Source: Eledone cirrhosa (taxonomy: Eukaryota). From it: a DNA stretch of 64,000 bases. Position numbers and translations under genes: made by a program. Below, in pieces: positions 35,914-51,063 of this stretch. Numbering within the stretch: position 1 is the first letter of the stretch; each line of letters starts with the position of its first letter. The notes under the pieces are model-generated. The model did not search any database and was not told the DNA's origin. It saw nothing but the letters and a program-made list of their open reading frames with translations. The stretch lies in assembly GCA_964016885.1 (NCBI GenBank), contig OZ024750.1, forward strand, positions 47,554,001 through 47,618,000, read 5' to 3'.

Positions 35914-36609
35914 GCGTGTGTGAGTGCGTGTGTGTGCGTGTACGTGTGTGCAAAACTAAATAAGAGGTTAGCGTGAGCGCACGGAAATATATGTGATGGC
36001 TTTGGGCGGATATGGCATCAGTTGGTGTGCGCACACACGGCACAGAGAAACACTGTTGCCGGTACAGAATATGAATAATTTAAATTATACTAAGATAATA
36101 TCTAATGTTATATAAATATATTCAGATGATATATATCGATACATAGATATTATAAACATACCCGACTTAAAATATATGTATGTGTGTGTGAATTTCTGTC
36201 TGTCTATGTGTTCACAAAAATAGCTATATACGTGCGCGTTCTTATATGAACATATTCACACATACAAATGCACTGACACACAAGCACATGTCTTCATATA
36301 TAAATCTCTGTATGAATGTAGTGCTGGCTGTGTCGTGTTAATGTATGTTGTGTGTATAAATCTAATAATTTTGACCAAACATTTATAACTTTTACGCTGA
36401 ATTGTAAGAAAATCATAAGATTTTCTGAAATCATCTTATGAAATCTTAGCAAATTATATTTGATAGTAGAGCGAGTTTTCAGTAACCAACACTTACATGT
36501 CACTAGATATCAAAATTATTTCCTTTGAAGTTCTACAAAACCAGGCAAAGTTTAAGACGCATCCTTTATCAATGATTTCCATAGATTTCACAGAAACAAA
36601 ATTATCTTT

Positions 36610-36670
<61 letters not shown>

Positions 36671-38134
36671 GTATTTGTGTGTGTTCGTGTGTATGTATGT
36701 GTGTATCTGTGTGTGATTTGTATGTATATATGTTCCGGCTTTGCGTTATTTTTCTTTTCTTTGATAATCATATATTCTGAGATGCTGTGTCTATGAATAA
36801 TCATCGCGAAGTCTAAGTCTATGTGTTCTACTTACTGAAATGTTTTAGTTACTCTAGCTAGAAGTAAGCATTAATCATTAAAGCTAGTCTTATCTTTCGA
36901 TTTTTATATCTTGCCCTATTCGTTCGTTGAAAGTTAACGACTTATTCTTCTTCCTCGCGTGAAATATTTCGACATTCTAAAATGATTTCTTACATTGGCA
37001 TGAAGCCATATATTATAAGAAGACAAGTATACTCTATTGAATTGGACATAACACACTAGTCTCTATGACTTTCCTTAGTAGTCTCCACCGAGGGTGAGGT
37101 GAAGCAAAAAGAGAAAAAAGTTATCTGTGTGATTTGATTTCACAAATCAAGAGGAACGGAGTTATGTATTTCTGTTTCTCTAATATCTAAAACTATCCAC
37201 CACACAACACTGAATATGTTAACAACAACAACAACAATAATTGAAACTGACAATATAATTCAGCAAAATATCTGATGTGTGTATAATATATTCGTTTGTA
37301 AGTAAAGCTTGTGAGTGCCCTTAAATGATGATACAATCGCAGGGGTGCGTTATAGAACCTGACATGTCGCACACCTGGCAAATATATCCCTCTTCTGTCC
37401 ATGTTCTGAAAGTTAGACATCCGATAAATAGAGATCAATAAAATAAATAAATTATAGAAATACATACTAGAGTTATGAACGGTTAAAACACTTGAATTAA
37501 TATGGCAAACTGATTTAATATCTAAAGTCTGACTCTGTTAATTGCTGCGTTACAGACCACGGGTTGGCACCTGCAAACATACTTCTTCCCATCACAAGCT
37601 TGGAAACGGTCTTTTGTGGCAGACCGAGGGTTTGGTAATAATGTCAGTCCCTCTATACATGGAAACAATTCTGTTTATAGAATGTCCAATACACTTCTAC
37701 AACTGTAAAATCTCGATTAAATTTAAACTTTTCTGAGATAAATAAACGCACAACTTATTTTCTATCTCAATCAAGTTAAAAATTCGCATTCCCATGAGCA
37801 TCTTTTGGGTTGTAGCTCTACATGTGTCATTCTCAATAGTTGTTTCTCAAACGTTCCTCATACATGTAATACCGAATAAAACATTTGCATAATTATATCC
37901 AACATATTAATTATCAAAACTCATTCTAAATCAGTATTCGAGTCAGAAATCACTATAAACCATAGGGATTCTCTCATGTAGGCAAGTCATTTATGAAGAC
38001 ATAACTTTCCAAGTTTCTATGATTCCTCACACATCCAGTAATCTTGATGTATATGCCATACTGGCACTGGCCTTCAATCATTAAATATGACCATCGTTAT
38101 TACCATCACTTGTGATGACATGGCTCTACCACTA

Positions 38135-38307
38135 GGCGGTGGATTGGCAGTATCGGTAGAGGGTCGGACGCCATGCTTTCCAGCATAGTTACGTCCCTTA
38201 ACGATCTGAGTTCAAATCCCGCCGAGGTTGACTTTGCCTTTCATCCTTACGGGGTCGATACAATAAAATACTGGGAAATTGCTGGCCTTGTGCCTAAAGT
38301 ATAAACG
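38135..38307 (+). mobile_element. SINE family A with 39-bp TSD
   Basis: 38096-38134 equals 38308-38346 with one mismatch; A box TGGCAGTATCGG, B box GTTCAAATC. Confidence 0.93.
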
Positions 38308-39566
38308 GTTATTACCATCAATTGTGATGACATGGCTCTACCACTATTAAATATACTAGGATATATAACTACTTCCTTGTCCATATACTCCTTAGTAAAT
38401 GTAAATTGGATCCGGTTGTATATGATTAAAACGTCATGTTTTGTTGATCGCCGTAAATTTAATTGAATATTTCGAAACCATTCCAATGCTATAACAATAT
38501 CAATATCATTGAAAAATACATGAAGGTCATACTCTTATATTTCTACTGTTGTAGACATGTGTTCAGCCCATTTGTTATTCAGTTAGAAATCAATATATAT
38601 ATATTATCATAAGATATAAAAGGGATATTATATATGCGAAACGAAACAGGAATTATCTATTCCATTTGAATCTTTGAATCTGAGGTAATCACATTTTTTT
38701 CATTATTGTCATTGATTGCTCGTAGTCTGCAAATGACGTGCCATTAATATTAATTATTTCCGGCTACATAATTCCCCTAGATATTCCCTGCGCACACGAG
38801 CATATATAACGTTTATTTAGCATAGTGGAAATTACATTTTGAATCTTTTCTAGAAGACATTATGATATGAATTAAAGTAAGAGCGAATTAAAGAAGTACG
38901 ATGCAAAAAGAAAGAAAAATATTGAAGAACGATTGAATGAATAAATGAATGGATTAAATAAATATATTTAAAAAAAAACAGAAGATAATAGATAAATAAA
39001 TAAATAAAAAATTACAAAATGGATGTTCAAATCACTTACGTAGGTTCGAAAGTTTGCTTTAGTAATTAATATTGTTTTTAATGGGAACTTCTGAAGAAAT
39101 AACCGCAGAATTGTATCTGAACTATGCTTCTATTTTCGGAGCAGCGTCCATTGCGAGTCATTCAGCGTTTTCCAAAATAAGACAAATCATCATCATCGTC
39201 TTTATTACTGTCGTCATTAATGTCGTTGTTGTTTTTGTTGCAAAATATAACTCATCAGCCAGCGCCAACAATAAATGATATTTATTTATATCCAGACAAT
39301 GATTCTTTGACTTCCATTGTCCAAAGTCATTATGATCTTAACCGATGTGTCAATTATTTGTGTGTGTGTGTGTGTGTATGTAGTTGTGTGTATGTATGTG
39401 TGTGTGTATGTATATATATAACAGAATCCGTGCAAGAGTGTATGTATGAGTTTATTTTGTGTATGTATATATATGGTTTTAAGCTAAGAAAATCATCTTC
39501 GAAATTGGGCGTTTTTACCAAATTCTCTGTAATTGAGATGCCCTCATGGCTAGCGATCTGGCTTAC

Positions 39567-39940
39567 CTTCCATTTTGAATAGAAAGATTAGACGGACAGT
39601 TCGTGTATTTCCCCAATATTTCCTTCATGTTCCTTCGCATATCACTATGGACAGTGGTATAGGAAGTAAAAGTGGTTCATTATCAACCTCAGACATATTG
39701 GAAAATAATTTGGGGTTTAGGTTCATAATTCGCTCTGTTGCTTCGCTTGGTTCGGGTTTTTTTCTTGTTTTTCCTTTGGATTTTCAGGAACGAAATTCAA
39801 TTTATTTTCCTTGATTAGAAATATGTGGGGATGTTTTTTATCCTTTGCTGAATTTGATTTAGTAGTAAACGAAAAAAATGTATTTTGTAGGAGTCTCTTG
39901 GACGCTGCTCCGTGCTGTTGCTACCGCAGATTGCAACTGA
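39567..39940 (-). promoter_or_regulatory. Candidate upstream 5' exon and transcription start of the minus-strand gene
   Basis: Inr-like TCAGTT at 39935-39940; non-repetitive leader; donor AAG|GTAAGC at 39566; another donor GTAAGTG at 39039; CRE TGACGTCA near 40545. Confidence 0.3.
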
Positions 39941-42900
39941 ACTGCCTAACGATTTGAGATATATGAACTAAATATCTGATAAGGTATTTTACTTAATACA
40001 TTTCGTATCCCCCTTCCTACATATTCCCTGCCACCCTTCTCTTCCTCTGTCTGTTCAGTCTTACTCCCCTATCAATACAAATATGAGTAGAAATATATAT
40101 AAATACACTAGAAACAAACAAACCAAAAACTATGTAATAAAATCTAAGAAGCTGTAAAAGAAGCCAAGAAAACGAAGTGCAAAGTGACATGTAGTATAGC
40201 ATGTTGCATTTCCGACCTAAAATATTTGATTGATTTTTTTCTCTCTACTTTCCATTTGCCTCTCTCTTTCCTTCCTCTTTTACAGTTCTCATATAAAATA
40301 TCTTTGAAGACGTCCCATTGATATTGGTGATTAGGATAGAGCAACAGAATTGATGAATTGGAATAATGGTGAAAGGGATGGGGAGATCAGTTGTAGTTGC
40401 ATTAAGGTGTCGTGTTCAGTTTCTCGTGTGTCTGTCAGCTGACACCTGCAGAGAACATCCATAAAATAAACCTGAGATCGCCATACGATAGCTCTTAAGA
40501 TGCAGCGAGGCTTGCTCGTTTTCACACTTGACTTGTGAGATAGGTGACGTCAATGGAACAAATCCATAATATGATAAGTGAGGAATGGAGGCAGAGAGAG
40601 AGATAGATAGAAAATGAGTGAGAGATTGTGCGTATGTCTCCGAGAGTGAGCTGGAAATAGAAATAGAGGTAGAGAAAGACGAGGGGATATAGAGAGCGAG
40701 ATGGAGAAAGCGACATGGAGAGAACAAGAAGGTGAGATGGAGAGAATATGAGGTAATGGAGAGACCGAGATGGAGAGCGAGAGTAAATATGGCTTTTTTA
40801 GCAGCAACTCATGACTAACCTACTCCAGATCAAGCTCAAGAGTAATTGATCAACGATAGAAGATTTTAAATGCAAATATATATACGTATATATATACATT
40901 TATTTTTATTTGTGTATTTTATATATATATATTGTAGAGTTTATTTTATATAATATAATGGAATTCTAGGCATGTGAAATGTATTTCGTTCAAAATGAAA
41001 GATGTCAAACTTAACGAAGCATGATTCTTCAAATTAATGGAAAGAAAAATGTATTCAATGAAATGGAATTCTTATATTAAATATATTAAAGAAGAAATTC
41101 ATAATTCTAAACTGCAAAAAGCCAAATGATATTAATTCTAGTTTACAATCGCAACAAGGAATTATAATTTGTAATTAAAGAAATGAAAAATGTGAGCGTT
41201 TTAATGTCATTTCCCTGCTAGAGTAGGCGTTAGCCAAGCACGTCTCATGATATGCTTGATCTGGGACCAAAGTATTTAGTTGCTACTCTCTCAAGACAAG
41301 GATACGGTGTATCTATTCTAACCTATGACACACAGTCCCAAACTAGATTGAGGAAATAAGTTGAACAAATGTAAGAAAACGGGCATAAAACAACATTATT
41401 AGGCAAATGTAAGAAACACCAGTACGGTGGTTCAAATCTTTGATTCAGCAATTGCTTTAATACATATATTTCGTTGAAAAGATATATTAAAACTCTCCTG
41501 CACAATGACATCCTAGTAGAAACATAAATTAATTGAAATAACTTTAACTAACAGTTGAAAGATTATTGTAGAATTGTATTTATTATTTTGAGTATTGTTC
41601 TACATAATGTACAAATCATGTTTTATGTAAGAAGATTATTCTTATTCTAATACGTAGATAACCATTGGAAAGTAAAACGGCTGTTATTTCTTTCAATAAA
41701 CAACGAAAGATATGAATCGCATCGTTTTCCATATAAATCTTAGTAGGGAATACCTATAAAAATACTAAGAGATTACGAAGAAACCTGATAGCTATTATTT
41801 GATCCGCTAGAAAACTTCCTTCAATTATACCCTGCAGTAATTACCTTTAGAGAAAAATATAGCGTGTGCTTATATCTGTAATATATCCCCATAACCACTG
41901 TATCTGGAAAGATAAAGAGTAAAAAAAGAAACGGCTGCTTATCAAATCCGAGAGCTTTTCATTAAAGCTGTTCGATTAGATCTGACCTTCTTCTAAACGA
42001 CACTAGAAAGAAAGGAATGAAGACAATCTTAACATATATCCATTTAGTGAGAGCTAATCAGGAAATACAAAATATATCACGGATGTATAGTTTGTTTGAT
42101 GCATATGGATTAGTTCGAAATTATTCTGTGTGATATACCACAGTGTAATGAACTAGAAACTACAGTTTGGGTGTGAATATATTTGCTCGTTGATCTGGCT
42201 AATAAATATAGCCTGAGTGAATTGAAAGCAATATCACTTCAAACTCATACTGCCATGGTCTCCATTCTTGTGCAATACTTCTTCAGCACGTGCCATTTAC
42301 CGTCGCATTGAAATGACGCAATCAGTTTAAGTGGAAATAGGTAAATGGAAACTGCATGAAAGCCAATCATGTGAACTCCACTTGTTACACAACGAGCCAA
42401 TCCCGCGATAGGAAATCCCGGCCACAAAAGCTGTATGTTGTCCATAGTCTCCAAACAAAGTATCAGATGCTTCTGGTACCTTTCGCTAACGCATAATTTC
42501 TCCGAGGTCATTCTTGTTTTATGCACCGGCTGAACACGCTGCTTGCAACGCACGATGGCAAATTAATGAATCAATGAATAAAACGACATTGACAGTTTGG
42601 TTCAGCATTACTTACTTTTGGAATGGATGAATTGCTGATAAATTCTAGTGACTGGCATCGTCTTCATTTAACCGAGGACCGAAACTATGTTAAATGTATT
42701 GTTTGTAAGAATACATGCATGATACGCCTACATATCCTTGCCATTGAGTCGACTTTAGCGTTGCCTTATTCAGTTGCTTCACTAACAAAGACGTACAATG
42801 TCTCTCGAGTAGCTGGTTTTTCCACCAAATATATATTTTGAACAATGTAACTCATCAAATAACAAGTACCGTTAAGTAAAATATAAATGCATATATAATT

Positions 42901-44634
42901 CAATAGAACCGTTAAGAAGGTTGCAAAACAACGAAAAGAAGCAAGAAAAAATTAAACAAAAATGGAAAAAGAAAATCGGGGAGAAAAATAAAACATTCAC
43001 AGAATGTAGTAAAATAGAAATATACCAGAAAAATGAACACCCACACATTGATGTAGGTACACATTTACACATACATAGATATGTGTGTATATATGTGCTG
43101 AGGGGGTGTGTGTATGAGAAAGCGTATGTGTATAAAGACACATAGATGTGCATTATACAAACACAATGTCAAATACACGAACGCATATTCTCCATATCAA
43201 ACAACCACGCATACACTTAAATATACACACATATACACAATGGGCACATGAACGGAAGACTTATCTGTCAGTTTCCGACCAAAAACAGCTGCCCAATGAC
43301 ATTATGAAATAATGACTCTATATGATGTGCCTATGTAACAGTGATTACGCTCTTCAATAAGTGGAGTGGAAAGACATTAACGAATAGGACAGTAAATATA
43401 AAGAAGCTTAGAGAAAGTAGAAATGTGTGATAAAAGACAAATGGGAAGAACTCAACTTCCAAGTGGCTTATGAAAAATGAACAGCTGCTGCCTTGCAATA
43501 GATGTTGTATTTAGAAATAGAGACATTGACCAGTCTCGGTGATGTATGGAAGGTATATTGCAGTTTATAGATACATAACCGTATAGAATCCTATCTCAAA
43601 ATTATACTGAAGCGAACATAACGTTATATTGTTGGTATTAAATCACACGCAGAGCGTTAGGATGTCAAAGAAGTTAGGCGTCAGGCAACATGCTTTCCAG
43701 CATTTAGTCGTCAGTTTTAGACTATCAATTCAAATTCCGCCGTGTTCAAATTTGCCTGTTATCAAACCTAGATCGATAAAATGAAATACTAGTTACGTAA
43801 TTACGATGAATTTAATCAACATTTTCCTTTTCTCAAAATGATGGCCTTGTACCTAAATTAGAAACGTATTAAAACACACATGTGGTGGTAGTTTGGCAGA
43901 GTCGTTTGAATAACGGACAGATGCTAAGCACTAGTTCCGAATTCTTACGTTCTATATTCAAATTTGACGGAGGTCAACTTTTCCATTCATGATTTCCAGG
44001 TCAATAAAATAAAATACCTGTTCAGTATTGGTGTCGATTTAAATCGATTTGACCCTGCCTCGGTGCTGCAGATGTTGTGCTTGAATTAGTAACCATCGTA
44101 CAAATTGATATCAACATATAAATACACTCACACATATAACTATACACGCATAAATACCACATCCACGTGCCTTAACATACGTATAAAGACACACGTTTGT
44201 ATTTATTGAAGAAGAGACTAATTCAGCACTCCTCACGAGAAAGAGGGAAGAGATTATATTGGTTTTTAAAACGCACATCAGTTTTATTTTGTAACTTCAG
44301 ACCAACACATCTATCCCTTACTCCATATGTTGTCCACCAGCATGCTCTAAGTATAATGACTGTAACTAGTAAACACACGAAAACAACTTCATTAAACACA
44401 AGAATATATATCAGTGATATCACTTTCTGTAATCTCATGTCTGAGGACACTTTTAAAGCTTTACTACTCCCAGTACCACATGCCACACGTTCAAACTTTT
44501 TAACTCTGTTTATCTCTATAAACAATCTGATTTGAGAAGATAGAAACTGCATTATATCACATATAAAAGTATTCTAAATAATCACATTAACAAAGATTCA
44601 CCAAAAGAAACACATACATGTAAAGCTTTAGCAC

Positions 44635-44744
44635 TAGGAAAAACAAACGGCTAGGCAAGAATTAAAGGTTACAGAAGAAAGATAGAACGGAATCTAAATA
44701 AATATGTCTCCTCTAACCTTACCTAGTCGTTTGTTTTTTTCCTA
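44635..44744. repeat. Imperfect inverted repeat
   Basis: TAGGAAAAACAAACGGCTAGG..AAGGTTA / TAACCTT..CCTAGTCGTTTGTTTTTTTCCTA. Confidence 0.6.
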
Positions 44745-45096
44745 CTATAATACCTTTATGTTTAGAATTATTCCATGAGCTTTCACGTTGATACTTACGG
44801 TACATTGAACTCTCAACTTAGACGGTTACAATACATCCGGCAGAGAAAATGTCGAGAAATATAGTTTGGTAAGCAATCTTCCTTTTTTACTTTGTTTGCA
44901 CATTGATTACACAAAAACATGTTAACCTACCATATGTTCCTATATATATATAGAGAGAGATATACATATATATAGATATACATATACACACACAAACACA
45001 CACACACACACATGTTAAGCTAACATATCTTCCTATATATATATAGAGAGAAATATATATATAGATATAGATATACACATACACACACACACACAT

Positions 45097-45134
<38 letters not shown>

Positions 45135-45532
45135 GTGTTGTTATACTTTGGGAGGGTCATGTTGCCAATAAGAAACACACGCACCAGTTGATTTCACTTA
45201 TTATTTCACTATTTATTATAATAAATTGATAAATTTAGGAATTTATAAATTTCCGGTTGGTTGGTTGGTTGATTGGTTCCACTACCAGATGATTGTTTAT
45301 ATATTGTAATAGTTCTTTCGTCACACATTATGTGACCTCTTCAGTGACTGGGGATTCTTTTCTTTGTGTTTGTGTATATCCTTTGTTCTGTCCTACGCCA
45401 TCTTGTTTTTGTTTGTGTGTTGTGTGCTTAGTTTGCGCAAACTAAGCACACAACACAACACACGTTTTCAGATAAAGAATCTTGCTAAACAAATTCAGAA
45501 ACGAAATATATATATATACATATACATATATA

Positions 45533-45868
45533 GAATTGGTTACACACCAGTTAGTTCAGGATACCGAGAAACATTGTTTCACCTTATTGGATCCTCAGCT
45601 CTTAATGGACATGGTTATACGGAACAGGAAGGACAACCGTACGAACGCGCATGCGCAGAAACGGTAACTTCACACAGGCAATGCGTGCGAGAGGTGTAAG
45701 GGAGATAATTGCGAAATCCGAAAAAAATTCTAGTTGATAAGAAAATTAGGGTGTTGTAATTCAATCCGGAGCTTTGTGGTAACGTAAGAGGTGGTCCGAG
45801 ACATGTGGACAACGTGGGAATAATTCATTCCACGTGTTTAGGCTGTCGCTATCGCATAATCTCTTTAT
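45533..45868 (-). mobile_element. 3' fragment of PLE family 2 with hammerhead (45564-45602)
   Basis: Matches 22664-23020 (GGAACAGGAAGGACAACCGTACGAACGCGCATGCGCAGAAAC); GAG-CTGAGGA-TCC AATAA GGT-GAAAC. Confidence 0.85.
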
Positions 45869-47899
45869 AATATTTATTTTTTTGACAGTGACTTTGAGTA
45901 GACGAAATATGTTTCGGAGCCAGTAATCCAGTCTTTCTTGCAGAGTTACACGGGGAATCCTATCGACAATTATGTCAAGTGAACACGTCTCGGTAGAATG
46001 GTGTTCCTCTACTTACATGTCTCCTGATCAAGCACTGATAACACTGATCGTTTGAATTAATGGAAGTGTCCATTCCACATACATACATGCATATATACAC
46101 ACATACATACATAAATATATATACATACACACATACGTACATACATACACCCACATACCTTCTATTAATATTTATATTTATATATATGAAATGTGTATAT
46201 TTATATATATTTTCTGAATAATATTTTGCAGCAACTTATTCAGCAATCATATTATATTGCAATGATAGTTTTAAACTCTTGCTCGAACATAAATCACGTT
46301 TGATTAAATTCTCACTTAACAATCACCCGAATAGAAATATGAATTATAATGTTTCTATATATAACACTTATGATATTTTTAATATTTCTTTTATCGATCT
46401 CTACTTATAACAGGGATATCATATGAGAGCATTTTTTTTATCCTAATAAGAATATTTTTATTAAACATAAGAACTGCTTTCAATACAAAACTACACATAC
46501 ACAATAATCATAATTGTATTATTACAATGAAAGATATTTACGTGAGAATTTGCCACAATAACATGATGTATGCATCTATTTTATATTCGTATCGTCGTAG
46601 TTATTGCATTGTAAAGAGGTTCACACAAATGTACAAATAAATTGACAACTAAATTGAACAACGTAATTCACAACTGTGCAAATATTATCCGCCATATTGT
46701 ATTTGTTTTAGCTATTCGCTGAATAGTGTAACATTACTAATCGATAGTGATTACAATTAGAAAATGTATTCTCCTAAGCGTGTACGGAAATCCATTTAGA
46801 TGCTACTACATTAAAATTGATTATACCCTATGGCAATATTTAGAATAAATATCAATTTTCAGTGACCGTATTTTAATGAAATTGTTTTGATACGTTCCAT
46901 ACAACGAATATACCTATAACCCCTAAATTGCTTAAATGTCTCGTGAATTTGTAACCTTGCAATTTTAGATTTCTGCTTCGGTAATTCAATAGTATATATA
47001 CACTACTTTCCAAATTCATTCTCACCAAATTCTAGCCGTAAATTTTAAATGTGACTTCAATGAATAAATCTCCTCCTGAACGTTTTGTTTTTAAATTGCA
47101 TTTGCAAATAATGTCTGAGTTAAATATAGTCAAATGATACACTATAGTTTTCCGCAAATCAGAGGCACGTAGTAAATTATTGTTTGATGCATTATTTAAA
47201 TTATGAATGTCATAAAGGTTTATACAGGAAAAGTAATTTCATAAGTTATTCTATTATATACGTCAAACAATATAATATTGAAACTCTGTGATTGAAATAT
47301 TAGACAAAAAGCCTTGCGGTAACTATTCCGGGTTTAATTTCAAATCCGGCCCAGACCAATTTTCCTTTCATCCTTTCAAGTTTAATAAAACAAATCAAAC
47401 TGACGGGAGATATCGAATCAGCTTAGTCGCCTGTGATTTCCACTTTCATACGGCGAAAATAATTTGAAAGTATTGAATAATAGTTTATTTAAAAAAAATA
47501 TATGTTGTAATTAGTACAGTCCACCGTGAATAGTGGAAACAGACAGCAGCTTACACTCGAACATCATAGCCCGAGGACATTCAAGAGTGTGATGAAACAC
47601 GTTTCAGATTCCCCAATCTATTCGGGAAACGTAACGAATTCAATAATTTAGGCACAATGCGGTTTCACTCGACTCATACAGACCTGTCACCAATGTTTTA
47701 ATTATGTCAGACTCGTAACGACTAGGCATTGTAGAGGCAGACTTTACACGATTTATGACAGCAACTAGGCTGATATCCGGAGGATTTCATGAGACCTAAC
47801 AGAGTTACACCTTTTCAATCTCTCTTATGGTTTGCCATAGTTTGAACCGGAATGATTTATTCCTCCCGTAGAATCCTATTTATGTCCCAAATAACCACC

Positions 47900-49230
47900 T
47901 AACTAACGTTACTACAACGGTCTCTAACCAGCAACCGTTTCTTTACAGGAATAGATATTTACAAGAGGGGTCTGTGTGAAAGATATATTACAGTCTCGTT
48001 CCAATGTCGTCAATCTGGAGATTGGCTTGAGACATGTACTGATGGGTGTGGGTATGACATACATCGTTTGCGTATAGCGAGATTTGAACGATACTCCAAA
48101 AGGAAGAACATCTTAACAATTGGTAATATGAACAACGCTTTCAGACAAAACGAAGAAACTGATGGAGAGATCAGGTGTTACCAGCAATATATAGAGGCTT
48201 CCGCCAACACATTACCGTGAGTCTGGTGTTGTAGATATATTAACTCCTATTTGTATGTGTGACGTGAAAGATGACTACATATGTGGGAGTGAAGATTCAC
48301 ACTGATCCTCGGCTGTTTCAATGTGATATGGACTGGATACGATTTGCCTCATGAACATTAGAATGAAAGAAGGTTTTCACAGGATGGTGCAACATTTTAG
48401 GCCAAACAGAGTATCCGAATACAGATTCCTCCGTATTGAAGTACAACAGCATTAGATAAAGTTCTAATGCATATCTCCTGATGGGATACTTCAATTCACA
48501 TGATGGTTATGAGAACCTACTATGGAAATGCTACAATTGGAAGGAAGGGTGGCACCTATCAAATTGCGGTTGACAAGGCCCTATTAGACTTTTGAACTTG
48601 TAACGGGCTCGTGTCATGACAAACATGATTATATATCGTATAAATGAAGTGGAAGATAACACATTAAATTGTTTTGTTCATGATCTCTTAGAATCGTTGT
48701 TGGATGATCGTGGTAAGAGAATGGATAGACAGTCAATTAATCATCATCGAGTTACCTACCGTCTGTTAGAACCTAAAGTATACAAAACCCACACAATTGT
48801 CAGGTTTATGTTGGCCAAGAGCATGGAAATGCTTGCTGATGGCGCGTCCAAGAAAAGGTTTATAGATGTATTGCATCCAAATTCACCCTGAACACACTGA
48901 CAAAATTAAAAAGGAGTGGAAGCTATTCAGAAGTTTCTGCTCCATTTCCCAAGTGTTTGCTCCAATTCCCAAGTCTTTGTTCCAATACCTAAGTTTCTGC
49001 TGCGGGCTACAACAGCTCGGTGAGCCACTGTGTGGCATTAGAAAGCCTTGCTCAACCGAAAGGTTAGATATGCCATACAAGCAAAATAGGAGACTTATAA
49101 AGATTCGAATGATAATAATCCTCCTTTCATGCACTCGTGATACAAGATTGTGCGAACAGTCGCAGGGGAAACAGTAAAAGCGTACAATATTAAGACATTT
49201 TGGCAGTCTATGAAACGAATGCCTAATAAG
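47900..49230 (+). pseudogene. Possible highly decayed non-LTR retrotransposon coding remnant
   Basis: Higher-complexity sequence with broken ORFs; weak resemblance of the end (LCEQSQG/ETV..FWQ) to a C-terminal zinc-knuckle region; unconfirmed. Confidence 0.2.
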
Positions 49231-50173
49231 ACGACTCCTTCACGCATGCTCCCCAATGTATAGCATCAAAATGTATTGAATGGTACCATTATTACACCAG
49301 AGGCAATAAATCACGTTAGTTGTTTCAGGTTCAACTCCCAATTTCTGTAATCGAAAAAGCACTGAATCTTCAGTCAGGAGTTGCCACCAAACCATAGTAT
49401 CAACAGTGGAAAGACCGGTGGAAACATCCCTTTCCTGGTCTGAACTAGTTATAATGCTTCTATCATTTCAAATAGAAATTTAAGAAACATATAGTATCAT
49501 GAATGGGGCTTTATAGACTGCAAATTAATCCAGTACAATTCAGATTACAAGACGTTAACAGCCGCATTTTACATAGGACTAACTTTTAAATTGATTATCG
49601 ATAATATAGATTTGATTAATAACTGAAATATATTTAATATTTCTATATCGTTGATAGATGCTCAATATTATGGAGCTTACAGATATTAAGTCCAGCGTTT
49701 CATAGTTTTCTATTACTAGTTTGACACGTTGGTTTTATTAGTATTCAATAAATAGATTCAGATACAATTAATCAGACATACTAGTAATTGGGAAACCCAT
49801 TGTGTCAATAAAAGACGTTAACCAAGATGAAATATTCGGCAATGAGGTGAACTGATTTATAGGCTTCATATTCACTGTCAATTGAGATTCAGATAGAAGC
49901 CAACAAGACACCACGAATCTTGTAAATCAACTTGCTAAAAGTAGCACCAAAGATTGCTTATACCTTACTAAGGGTCATGAAGAATCATGATGGAAATGCA
50001 TAGATCATCCATCTGTAGGCATTAAGGTGTTCCATAACCCAAATGTCTAATTCATGAAGTAGAACGTAAATAGTTGATTACACCACAAGATTAACGTAAT
50101 TACATTCCCAATTGATCTTACCACAATTTGTGACAATCTCACCTAAAAACAACACATTATCGTATTTAAAAAG

Positions 50174-50357
50174 GGCGGTGGGTTGGCAGTATCGGTAGAG
50201 GGTCGGACGCCATGCTTTCTAGCATAGTTACGTCCCTTTACGATATGAGTTCAAATCCCGCCGAGGTTGACTTTGCCTTTCATCCTTACGGGGTCGATGA
50301 CATAAAGTACCAGTAATGCACTGTGTAATTGCTGGCCTTGTGCCTAATGTAGAAACA
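50174..50357 (+). mobile_element. SINE family A with 18-bp TSD
   Basis: ATTATCGTATTTAAAAAG at 50156-50173 and 50358-50375. Confidence 0.92.
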
Positions 50358-50439
50358 ATTATCGTATTTAAAAAGAAAGTGATGGATAATATACTCCGAG
50401 GTACACACATTCCTGTCAGGAAAAAAACCCTAACAAGTT

Positions 50440-50806
50440 GGTATTTACGGCTCGGACATATTTGCACCTGGTTCTGTTACTACTAGATGTGAAGGCACTC
50501 GTCGGTTACGAGGATGAGTGTTCCTGTTGTTCCGATCAACGGAACTACATGCTCATGAAATTAATGTGCAAGTGGCTTATCATTCCACAAACATACACTG
50601 AACTTAGATTTCAGGGTGATTCGGTGTGTCACAGAATGTGACAAGACTGACCCTTCGAATTACAAAAATAAGTCATGTTTTGCCAGCTGAGTGGACTGGA
50701 GCCACATGAAATAAAATGCCTTGCTCAAGGAGACAGAACGTTGCCGCAAATCAAACGCACGACCTTCCGATCGTGATCCAAATTCCTAAAACAAAGCCAC
50801 ACACCT
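50440..50806 (-). mobile_element. SINE family B (tRNA-like head near 50750-50806)
   Basis: GCCAGCTGAGTGGACTGGAGC..GAAATAAAATGCCTTGCTCAAGG; partial copy at 19310. Confidence 0.7.
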
Positions 50807-50904
50807 TTACTGCTAGACCTATCCTGGCTAAAAAAAAACAGACACAACATATTTCATGGTGAAATAAGTTGTATGTATATGTATAAATGTGTGAGTTTGT
50901 AGAC

Positions 50905-50936
<32 letters not shown>

Positions 50937-50940
50937 ATAT

Positions 50941-50978
<38 letters not shown>

Positions 50979-51063
50979 GTGGGTGTCTTTTATCCATATA
51001 CACATGTCATAGATACACACACATACATATAAACACACACCTATATATATATATATATATATA

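Noticed and set aside
39162-39245. Minus-strand peptide ending DDDDLSYFGKR-stop, resembling an amidated neuropeptide
   Set aside because: The frame is closed by TGA just upstream, and there is no start codon, signal peptide or clear acceptor.
42245-42553. 102-aa non-repetitive ORF
   Set aside because: No recognisable domain or supported splice frame.
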